IMG/VR virus record: IMGVR_UViG_2609459832_000005
Length of the DNA stretch: 41,648 nucleotides
Direction: 5' to 3' (one strand)
Source of the DNA: a virus
Taxonomy: Duplodnaviria > Heunggongvirae > Uroviricota > Caudoviricetes
The translations under genes were made by a program, and so were the position numbers. The notes beneath the pieces are model-generated. The model searched no databases. It was given only the letters and a program-made list of their open reading frames with translations, and was not told the origin of the DNA. Shown piece after piece: positions 20,556-27,881 of this stretch (positions are counted from its first letter, which is position 1; each line of letters starts with the position of its first letter).

Positions 20556-21049
20556 TGTTGCCCCCACAAACAGACTTCACGCTCAATCTCACGACGAGTC
20601 AACAGGCCTTTCCATTGCTTACCGCCAGCGTATGTCCAGCGACGTAGCTGGTCACATGCGCCTTTGATATCGCCCTGGTTTATTTTGCGAAGAAGCGTCG
20701 ATGTTCTGAAATTGCCAGCACCCACGTTGTAGACGAACGAGTAAAGAGCGCCGCGCGTTGTTTCCGGTATATCGACTTTGATGTACGGGTTAATTTGTCT
20801 GGCGACCGTGGCAAGGTCTTTATTCAGGAGGGCTTTGCATTCTGCTTCGGTATACGTTTTACCTAGCATGATGTCTTTTCCGGTGTGTCCGTGACATACA
20901 GTCCATACGCCAACGATATCTTTGTATGGTATGTAGCTGACACCTTCCAGGCCATCGTCACCACTCGGACCAGTGATGAGCACAGACGCTATGGCAACAG
21001 CCCCACCACCAATAGCAGCAGCAACAGCCTTGCGTAATGATGGCGACAT
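20552..21049 (-). CDS. R: SAR endolysin (T4-lysozyme-like muramidase, phage 21 R-type)
   Basis: 165 aa; N-terminal Gly/Ala-rich signal-anchor-release segment ([20 protein letters not shown]) followed by lysozyme catalytic region (..EG..Y.D..G..T..HG..); recalled near-identity to phage 21 R. Confidence 0.9.
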   Translation of the reverse strand: MSPSLRKAVAAAIGGGAVAIASVLITGPSGDDGLEGVSYIPYKDIVGVWTVCHGHTGKDIMLGKTYTEAECKALLNKDLATVARQINPYIKVDIPETTRGALYSFVYNVGAGNFRTSTLLRKINQGDIKGACDQLRRWTYAGGKQWKGLLTRREIEREVCLWGQQ

Positions 21050-21264
21050 TATTCACCTCTCGCAGCCTTACGCTTATCTTCTTTAATCTTGAAATAAAGG
21101 TTTGTCAGATACGTCAGCAAGCCAAATACCAGACTACCCAGCACACCTATTGCCGCCCACTGTGAGGGCGTGACTTTATCGAGCAACTGTAAAAACCAGT
21201 ACCCGGCACTACCTGCTGAGGTGCCATAGGCGACACCCGTTGTTAACTTATCCATGGATTTCAT
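21049..21264 (-). CDS. S: Pinholin (phage 21 S-type holin)
   Basis: 71-aa protein with two TM segments ([24 protein letters not shown].. / [22 protein letters not shown]) and charged C-terminus; recalled close match to S21; preceded by GAGGTGGGG SD. Confidence 0.85.
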
Positions 21265-21301
21265 AACCCCACCTCGCAGATGCGGGTGCTGTGTAATGGA
21301 A

Positions 21302-21326
21302 ATAAAAAGGCCACCTACGTGGCCAC
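21302..21326 (-). terminator. Rho-independent terminator between methyltransferase gene and S
   Basis: Minus-strand hairpin GGCCAC-gtag-GTGGCC (plus 21309-21324) followed by UUUUU (plus A-run 21304-21308). Confidence 0.5.
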
Positions 21327-21330
21327 CAGA

Positions 21331-22383
21331 TTATTTCCCCACCAGCTCGTTTATCTCTTTCACTGTCTGGTTAAACCGCTCTGACTCAAGCTCAACACCT
21401 AAGGCCCGACGCCCCAGCGCCATTGCTGCTTTTATTGTGGAACCGGATCCCATAAAAAAATCAGCAACCAGATCACCAGGTCGACTACTGGCATTGATTA
21501 TTTGCCGGAGCATATCCGCAGGTTTCTCACACGGATGTTTACCCGGGTAGAACTGAACGGGTTTATGCATCCAGACATCGGTATAAGGCACGGAGACTGA
21601 TACGGAGAAATAGCGCCGGAGAGATTTAAACTCATCCAGCAATTCAGAATATTTGCGATTCAGTGAATCATAAGATGCCACCAGCTGGTGGTGTGGTTGT
21701 TCCAGTTGTTGTTCCTGAAACTTCTCTGCCGCTATACGGGAAAACAGTGCCTGTAACTTCCGATAGTCAGCCTCATTCGGCAACTGCCACTGACTGGCAC
21801 CAAACCAGTGGGAAACCATATTTTTCTTACCTGTGGCTTCGGCAATTTGTTTTGCCGTTATACCCAGTTCGGCACGAGCATCCCTGAAATACGATATCAG
21901 CGGTGCCATTATGTGCTGTTTGAGTTCCCTTTCTTTTGCCGCATAGCCGTCACTTTTGCCGCGATATGGCCCCTGGTAATGTTCAGCAAACAGAACGCGC
22001 TCTGTGGCAGGAAAATATGCGCGCAGACTTTCTTTATTACACCCATTCCAACGTCCGGACGGCTTCGCCCAGATGATATGGTTAAGCACGTTGAAACGTT
22101 CACGCATCATGATCTCAATATCAGATGCCAGGCGATGTCCACAGAACAGGTAAAGGCTTCCGGCTGGTTTCAGTACCCGCCAGAACTGGGCCAGACAGTA
22201 GTCCAGCCACTTCAGGTAATCTTCGTCCCCTTTCCACTGATTGTCCCAGCCGTTGGGCTTCACTTTGAAGTACGGCGGATCGGTAACAATCAGATCAATG
22301 GAATCATCAGGCAAGGACTGAATAAAATGCAGGCAATCAGCGTTGATTAAATCAACACTGTTTATTTTTACAGTATTTTTCAT
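21331..22383 (-). CDS. DNA amino-methyltransferase (beta-class N6A/N4C MTase), orphan
   Basis: 350 aa; motif IV TDPPY near the N-terminus and motif I FFMGSGST near the C-terminus (permuted beta-class order); no adjacent restriction endonuclease candidate. Confidence 0.8.
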   Translation of the reverse strand: MKNTVKINSVDLINADCLHFIQSLPDDSIDLIVTDPPYFKVKPNGWDNQWKGDEDYLKWLDYCLAQFWRVLKPAGSLYLFCGHRLASDIEIMMRERFNVLNHIIWAKPSGRWNGCNKESLRAYFPATERVLFAEHYQGPYRGKSDGYAAKERELKQHIMAPLISYFRDARAELGITAKQIAEATGKKNMVSHWFGASQWQLPNEADYRKLQALFSRIAAEKFQEQQLEQPHHQLVASYDSLNRKYSELLDEFKSLRRYFSVSVSVPYTDVWMHKPVQFYPGKHPCEKPADMLRQIINASSRPGDLVADFFMGSGSTIKAAMALGRRALGVELESERFNQTVKEINELVGK

Positions 22384-22533
22384 GGATCAGTAAGCGTAAC
22401 TCTGGTAGGCTCACTCTGCTTTTGCGCTAAAGCAGTGGGCCGTGGTTCGCTTGTGACCAGTAAGCATGAGCGAATGGCTGGCAGGTGCTACCAACACCCA
22501 CCAGCCGCCCATTTTCACAGCAGGAAACCGCCA

Positions 22534-22761
22534 TTACTGGCAGCGTCTGAATTTATTCCCGTACCCGCCGTTATCCTTCGCCAGACCCGCCAGAACTAAC
22601 TGAGTCAGTATTAACTGGCACCGGGCTTCGCTTACTCCGGTAGTTCTCGTCATCATGCGTGGCGTTACCCACTTGTCAGCAGGTAAGAAATGAAGGACTG
22701 CGGCGGCGGTTTCTGTCATATCTTGCTGTTTTAGCATGTCTTTTTCCCTTCTGGTTAACAT
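22534..22761 (-). CDS. Hypothetical small protein (possible winged-helix)
   Basis: 75-aa ORF in the late-operon orientation upstream of the methyltransferase; no recognised motif. Confidence 0.3.
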   Translation of the reverse strand: MLTRREKDMLKQQDMTETAAAVLHFLPADKWVTPRMMTRTTGVSEARCQLILTQLVLAGLAKDNGGYGNKFRRCQ

Positions 22762-22859
22762 GACATACCAATAACTCTTGTCTAAAAAGCCAGCAAGATA
22801 AAAAGTCAGTATTCACGACCACCAGCGTGTTTACTGTACTGCACCAGTTTTACAGGTAC

Positions 22860-22884
22860 AAAAAAACCGCTCGACGGCGGGTTT
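22860..22884 (-). terminator. Candidate intrinsic terminator (tR'-like) on the late strand
   Basis: Minus-strand short GC stem CCGCC..(loop)..GGCGG region (plus 22867-22880) followed by 7 U (plus A-run 22860-22866). Confidence 0.4.
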
Positions 22885-23037
22885 AAGCTGTGTGGCGAAG
22901 TAACCACTCTTAACACAGTAAACGAGAAAATGCGGACCGCGTAAGTTTTTTTTGATAGATTATGCATATGCAACGAACCCAGGATCATTAACAAATCACA
23001 ACCCATTGATTCAAAAGGATAATAAAGGGTAATTTTA

Positions 23038-23970
23038 ATGACTACGACAGCCACTTCCGCGCCACTAACTAAACAAAAAAAAATGCGTATCGGTTTCTTC
23101 CAAAGCTCCTCAGGAACGAAGTCAACTACATCAAATGCACAACTTGCATTTGACAACATGTATACAACCATTGTTACACCTTCGCAAAATTCTTATACCG
23201 CTGAGTTTGATAAGAAAAAATTAAAGATTGTATTCTTAGAAAAAGACGCACAGGCGGAGTTCTATTTTGGTTATCTATCATGCTCTCGTGATGGTTTCCA
23301 CTTACCTTATATTGGTGATGAAAATTGGGATGAGCACAATATTCCGTTAGATGATAAAAAATATATAGTCGAACGCACTTATTTTATTTACTACTATAAG
23401 AAAGACATTCTTGTTTTATCTCAAAATCATTTAGGACCTAAAGTTTCCGATTTAGCATTTCTTTTATTCAATTTTTCTGAAGAAAACAAACCTGTAGCGT
23501 TTGAGGCAATTTGGAAAAAAGAAAGTGTAAAAGAACTACTTGAAACAGGAAGCACTTTACGTAGCTGTGAAATTACACTCGCCGCTCCACGTAATTTTAG
23601 CGCAACGGATTATGACCTTTCGAATTCATTTTCCAAAAGTATGATTGAAATGATGGCTGGGATGGGCGGTTCGCATTTAAAACTATCACTTAGAGGTAGA
23701 GCATCGCAACGTAAATTAATCCGTGGTTATCTCAGTGATGAAGTAAAAAGTGGAATAAAGGAATTAATAGAAAAAGTTCCTCACTTATTACGTAAAGCTA
23801 ATGTCACTGAACCTAAAAATACTCATTCAAGGAGTCTTCTCAATCAAGTTCTGATCAGTGAAAAAAACATTAACACAAAAGATGGCTACGCAAAAGAAAC
23901 AGATGTGCGTACTGCCTTGATCAGTGCTAAAATTGAACATGGTCAGTATTTAAAGCAATATGAAATCTGA
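23038..23970 (+). CDS. AT-rich cargo protein A, 310 aa, soluble; candidate sensor component of a two-gene exclusion/defence cassette
   Basis: Long ORF on the strand opposite to all surrounding phage genes; markedly lower GC than flanks; no NTPase or nuclease motif recognised; weak local resemblance (LGPKVSDLAFLLF) to a lambda RexA segment as I recall it. Confidence 0.6.
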   Translation: MTTTATSAPLTKQKKMRIGFFQSSSGTKSTTSNAQLAFDNMYTTIVTPSQNSYTAEFDKKKLKIVFLEKDAQAEFYFGYLSCSRDGFHLPYIGDENWDEHNIPLDDKKYIVERTYFIYYYKKDILVLSQNHLGPKVSDLAFLLFNFSEENKPVAFEAIWKKESVKELLETGSTLRSCEITLAAPRNFSATDYDLSNSFSKSMIEMMAGMGGSHLKLSLRGRASQRKLIRGYLSDEVKSGIKELIEKVPHLLRKANVTEPKNTHSRSLLNQVLISEKNINTKDGYAKETDVRTALISAKIEHGQYLKQYEI

Positions 23971-23984
23971 TCTTATTTTTAAGG

Positions 23985-24437
23985 ATGATGATTATGCTTA
24001 TTAAAGTTTTAATTAACATAGTTATCAGTGGGCTGTTAGCTTGGGTGCTTGGGAAATACCTAGCGCCTATGGCTCACTCTGATATCTTAAGTACAGCCGG
24101 AGTGTTATCTACGGTGGCAGGCATTTTGTTTGGTTTTGTATTGGCCGCTATTTCCATCTTCAGTTCTGCAAGTTCAAGTACTGATGGAATTATTTTTGCT
24201 TTAAAACAAAACAAGATTTTACCTAAAATTATTCATAACCTGTTATCTACGGGAGTTACCTTAATATTAGCATGTATTTTCCCGCTGATAGCAATGTTTA
24301 TAAATGAAAAAATCACCATTACCTCTGTAAGACTTGATTTCGCCCTAACCTTATATGGTTTCTCGACCCTGATCGTATCAATAGTTTCATTTGCAAGTAC
24401 CTGGAGGAAAATAAACTGGATATTACCCCACATATAA
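23985..24437 (+). CDS. AT-rich cargo protein B, 150-aa integral membrane protein (about 4 TM helices); candidate membrane effector
   Basis: Four hydrophobic stretches (VLINIVISGLLAWVLG; VLSTVAGILFGFVLAAISIF; LLSTGVTLILACIFPLIAMF; LTLYGFSTLIVSIVSFAS); 14 bp downstream of protein A, co-oriented; size and topology like lambda RexB. Confidence 0.65.
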   Translation: MMIMLIKVLINIVISGLLAWVLGKYLAPMAHSDILSTAGVLSTVAGILFGFVLAAISIFSSASSSTDGIIFALKQNKILPKIIHNLLSTGVTLILACIFPLIAMFINEKITITSVRLDFALTLYGFSTLIVSIVSFASTWRKINWILPHI

Positions 24438-24440
24438 TAT

Positions 24441-24466
24441 TAAGCAGGTGCAAGCACACCTGCTTA
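24441..24466. terminator. Hairpin between convergent cassette and Q genes
   Basis: Perfect 9-bp stem AAGCAGGTG / CACCTGCTT with 6-nt loop; no clear U-tract on either strand, so function as terminator is inferred from position only. Confidence 0.35.
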
Positions 24467-24480
24467 TCCAAACCAAGATA

Positions 24481-24843
24481 TTAATCCATATCTAAGCTAA
24501 CATTTAGAATAGCTAGACAACCTTCTATAAATCCCTCAGCCATCTGTATCTCAATGCGTATTATTTTCTCATCCTTTTTACGAGCTTTAGCGAGCTTTCT
24601 TTTAGAGATACCGTATAGGTAATGGGCAACAAGAAGCGAGTGTTCTTCAGGTCTTTTTTGCTTTAGACGAGCAAGACAACCTTCAATAATTAATGCATCA
24701 CTATCTGAACAAGCCTGACGTGTTTTGCTTGTATAGGGAAGAAGCCCTTTAAACCCAGCAGCTATAGGCGAATAGTCTACCCCAGAACTATCACTCGCCG
24801 CCCATGCACCCCAACGATCCAGAACCATCTGAATATCACGCAT
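24481..24843 (-). CDS. Late-gene antiterminator Q (small Q family, QuuD-like)
   Basis: Likely start MRDIQMVLDRWGAWAA.. (120 aa), which matches my recollection of E. coli QuuD; Cys-containing region SDSDALIIEGCLARLK; last gene of the early-right cluster. Confidence 0.75.
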   Translation of the reverse strand: MRDIQMVLDRWGAWAASDSSGVDYSPIAAGFKGLLPYTSKTRQACSDSDALIIEGCLARLKQKRPEEHSLLVAHYLYGISKRKLAKARKKDEKIIRIEIQMAEGFIEGCLAILNVSLDMD

Positions 24844-24860
24844 CAACTTTCTCCACAAAA

Positions 24861-25856
24861 TCAGGCCAGCACGCCAGTTGCCAGCGCGCGATCGATAAAA
24901 CGAAATATCAGCTCCAGCTGGGAGCCATACTTCTCTTCAAATGCCACGGTATCCGCATGCAGCTCGTCGTGATGCTTTCTGCACAAAGGCAGCACGAAGA
25001 GGTCATGCGCTTTTGTACCTATTCCACCCTGACCGTGGCCTATCAGGTGGTGGGGATCATCAGCAGGCTTTCCACAACATGCACACGGCTGCGTCTTAAC
25101 CCAGCGCGTGTACTTTTCGTTAACCCAGCGGCGACGTTTTGGGCGTAACATAAAAGACTCCGGCGACTCCGGATCCACTTTCAGCGCCAGCACCTTTTTC
25201 GCTTTATTCTGGATGATGCTGGTGGCAGGAACCGAAGGCACAAGGTCACTTTCCCGGGTAACAGACGGCACAACAGGCTTCGGTAATCTAAGTGCCTTAC
25301 GGGCTGCACTTTCCGGTAAGGCATCCGCCAGGTCATTACGAATCAGCCACCAGCACAGTTCCGGCATTGTCACAACGTGACTGTCATCAAAACCGAGATC
25401 CCGACGCACAACAGACAACACCCAGCGGGCACAGTTATCCGTTGCCATTGATTCCAGCCGTTCCGTGAACTGATCACGCAGCTGGTTATCGCAGTGCCAG
25501 CACAGACGGATTGCGCCCGGAGCGTGTCGCATTGTGGTTATGTTCTCGCTGTGCCAGTCGGAATGAGGCCACTGGCAGCCTTTTTCACGAAGTAACCAGC
25601 TTTCAAGACATTCCACGCCACCAGCACGACGGATCACTGCCTCATTGCGGAACACGGCCCGAACGGCAGGATCATCCGCCAGCGGTTGTGATGCCGCCGG
25701 AACGGCACCACTGGCGAAAGATGAATAACGTTCCGGCTCAGGCTCCAGCAGGACACGCCCCTGCATAAACAGGGGCATCAGCTCTGAACCTGGCCTGAAC
25801 AATACGATCCCCATACGCGGGGCAATTTCAGGAGTCAGTAGTGCTCTCACGGTCAC
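24861..25856 (-). CDS. DUF968-like protein with C-terminal HNH-like Cys/His motif
   Basis: 331 aa; C-terminal CACCGK..HHLIGHGQGG..CRKHHDELH cluster; nin-region position upstream of Q. Confidence 0.55.
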   Translation of the reverse strand: MTVRALLTPEIAPRMGIVLFRPGSELMPLFMQGRVLLEPEPERYSSFASGAVPAASQPLADDPAVRAVFRNEAVIRRAGGVECLESWLLREKGCQWPHSDWHSENITTMRHAPGAIRLCWHCDNQLRDQFTERLESMATDNCARWVLSVVRRDLGFDDSHVVTMPELCWWLIRNDLADALPESAARKALRLPKPVVPSVTRESDLVPSVPATSIIQNKAKKVLALKVDPESPESFMLRPKRRRWVNEKYTRWVKTQPCACCGKPADDPHHLIGHGQGGIGTKAHDLFVLPLCRKHHDELHADTVAFEEKYGSQLELIFRFIDRALATGVLA

Positions 25857-25857
25857 C

Positions 25858-26655
25858 TCAATGAACGGTATCGAGCAGCTTTAACAGCTCAGGGAATCGG
25901 GATTCGAAGAAATGCGGCTGCGTCTCGCGCGGATTTGCGGGACTGGTGATGTTCTTGCCGAACATGCAGCCTTTCGCTGTCAGCGACCAGAATTTTTTGA
26001 TGTTGTTAATCGCGGTACGGCTGTATCGTTCGCGCTGCTCGACGATCCCCAGCTTCACCATCTGGTGATATGCCTGATTAGCCGTCAGGCGGATACCATA
26101 CTGTTTCAGCAGTGCACTCAGTGACAGTGTCGGGCGACTTGAGCCATCGTGTGCATCAGCAGGAGCATCAATGGCATAGCGCGGTGCCAGATTCGGTAAG
26201 CCAACAGCCTCCTGAAGCTTCTGACAGGCTCCAAGCACTGATGAGTTAGACAGGTTTAATTCCCGGCGCATAAAGTCCAGCAGGATCACGCCAGCCTGCA
26301 TCTTGTCAGCAGCCTGCCCGGATAATTTTTCCGGTGTGCTGGTTACCATATCGAAAGTACGGATCACCTTCAGATGGAATGACGGGCTGATCCACATTGC
26401 ATAGGCATACACCAGTTCTTTGCAGACATACGTCCCCTGGTTATTTCCGCCACGAATAACGTTAACTGGCTCTATATTGACCGAGTTGCAAATCTGCAAC
26501 TCGCTTATTAAACGTTCAGTTTGCTCATTGCGGAGCCAGAATGCAGGCTTATGCTTATCCAGAGAACCGGCAGCCCTGTGTAGATCGTTCAGGCTGTAAC
26601 GCCCATAAGCATCACGACGAACTTCAATACCATCAATGACCATCAGATTATTCAT
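25858..26655 (-). CDS. KilA-N domain protein (antirepressor-like)
   Basis: N-terminal KilA-N signature (..[28 protein letters not shown]..). Confidence 0.7.
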   Translation of the reverse strand: [265 protein letters not shown]

Positions 26656-26674
26656 ACTTCGTTTCTCCTCTTAA

Positions 26675-27064
26675 TCAGGCGGCTGCACCCGCCGGTTTCT
26701 CATACTTACTGATAGTGATCTCGACCTTCCCTTTCGGGATAACCGGTCCCCACTCCACCAGCATTCTTTTCACCTGTCTGTCGTCTTCCCACACACCCGC
26801 ATGGGTCAGGGCGTCAAACAGCGCCTTGTTATAGTTGTCCAGATCGCGGATCCGGTTATCCGGAGGAAACAACACGATCTCCACTGAAGCAGGTGCCGAC
26901 GTTGGTTTCGGCAGACGACGTAACTGCTCAACTATTGCTGCGCACGCCGCGCTCTGAAATTTTCGCCCCGCCTCGCTTATCAGGCTCTTACCTGCAAACG
27001 CCCCTTTGTTGGGGTGTCGCCAGTACGTATTCACGCTGGGCGGGAAAGGCAGGATCAGTTTCAT
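26675..27064 (-). CDS. rusA: Holliday-junction resolvase RusA
   Basis: 129 aa; N-terminal LPFPPSVNTYWRH and acidic catalytic residues (..DLDNY..ALFDAL) typical of RusA. Confidence 0.85.
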   Translation of the reverse strand: MKLILPFPPSVNTYWRHPNKGAFAGKSLISEAGRKFQSAACAAIVEQLRRLPKPTSAPASVEIVLFPPDNRIRDLDNYNKALFDALTHAGVWEDDRQVKRMLVEWGPVIPKGKVEITISKYEKPAGAAA

Positions 27065-27387
27065 ACTTTCAGGCCTCTCTCATGTAGCCAGTGGGTTGCA
27101 CGCAGCCTTGCGTTTTCCTCATCGGCAAGCAGTGCGCGGATAATCCCGACAGCCTCGCTGTCGTCGTCCTTCACCGCGGTATGAAGCGTTATCCCCCGGG
27201 CCACGCCACGCTTTATCGTGATGACGCCTTTTTTCTCCAGTGCGCGAAGATGCTCCACCGCTGCATTCACCGAACGGTATCCCAGCATGGTTGCCACCTC
27301 CTGATTGGTTGGCGGGAAGCCACGTTCTTTCTGGTAAGAAATCAGCATATCCAGCACCTGCTGCTGGCATTGAGTTAACGTCGTCAT
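27061..27387 (-). CDS. LexA N-terminal DNA-binding-domain protein lacking the S24 peptidase domain
   Basis: Likely start MTTLTQCQQQVLDMLISYQKERGFPPTNQEVATMLGYRSVNAAVEHLRALEKKGVITI.. parallels the LexA N-terminus as I recall it ([58 protein letters not shown]); no Ser/Lys peptidase region follows. Confidence 0.65.
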   Translation of the reverse strand: MTTLTQCQQQVLDMLISYQKERGFPPTNQEVATMLGYRSVNAAVEHLRALEKKGVITIKRGVARGITLHTAVKDDDSEAVGIIRALLADEENARLRATHWLHERGLKV

Positions 27388-27881
27388 TAAGCCCCCACGT
27401 AATTCCCTGACAGATACCACTCTTCACCTGATGCAGCCCGCTTACTGCTTTTCCGTAAACACCGTTCACGACGCGCCAGAAAATTGTTTCGTTCTGGCTG
27501 GGAGTGGCTTTCACGGAATGCCGCCATCCACACCGTTGCAGCACGACGGTATAAGCCCCTGGACTCCAGTTCTTCCGCCTGGCGGGTCAGGCACAAAATC
27601 ACCCGCGGGTCGTTAGTGCCGACATAGAAATTGCGCACAGGTCTGGTTTCACGAACTGGTTGTGGTTCCGGCCCCTGCGCTCTCTCAGTCAGGCGCGGGA
27701 AATGTCTGCGTGTATCTCCTTCACAACGGTGAGCCACACGCCCACTCTGACGTAACTTGCTTGCTGACTGCAGAACGCGCTGTCGTGAGTAACCAGCAAA
27801 AGCATCCGCAATGTCTCCGGAAGTGCACCCCGGATGGGCATCAATGAATTTCTGAACGTCATTTAACAGACTCATGATCAC
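27387..27881 (-). CDS. PerC-like transcriptional regulator homologue
   Basis: 164 aa; segment LESRGLYRRAATVWMAAF resembles the PerC-family core motif; assignment from memory. Confidence 0.45.
   Translation of the reverse strand: MIMSLLNDVQKFIDAHPGCTSGDIADAFAGYSRQRVLQSASKLRQSGRVAHRCEGDTRRHFPRLTERAQGPEPQPVRETRPVRNFYVGTNDPRVILCLTRQAEELESRGLYRRAATVWMAAFRESHSQPERNNFLARRERCLRKSSKRAASGEEWYLSGNYVGA

Noticed and set aside
22384-22533. Possible tRNA genes downstream of Q, as in Stx phages
   Set aside because: I scanned both gaps (22384-22533 and 22762-23037) for T-arm/anticodon-arm patterns and found no convincing cloverleaf (no GGTTCGAATCC-type T-loop); no tRNA called.
22806-23171. 121-aa minus-strand ORF overlapping the start of the plus-strand cargo gene
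   Set aside because: Overlaps the intergenic promoter/terminator region and the 5' end of the 310-aa gene; composition is low-complexity; no independent support.
27119-27544. 141-aa minus-strand ORF overlapping the LexA-like and PerC-like genes in another frame
   Set aside because: Alternative-frame overlap with two better-supported genes; Arg/Gly-rich composition typical of off-frame translation.
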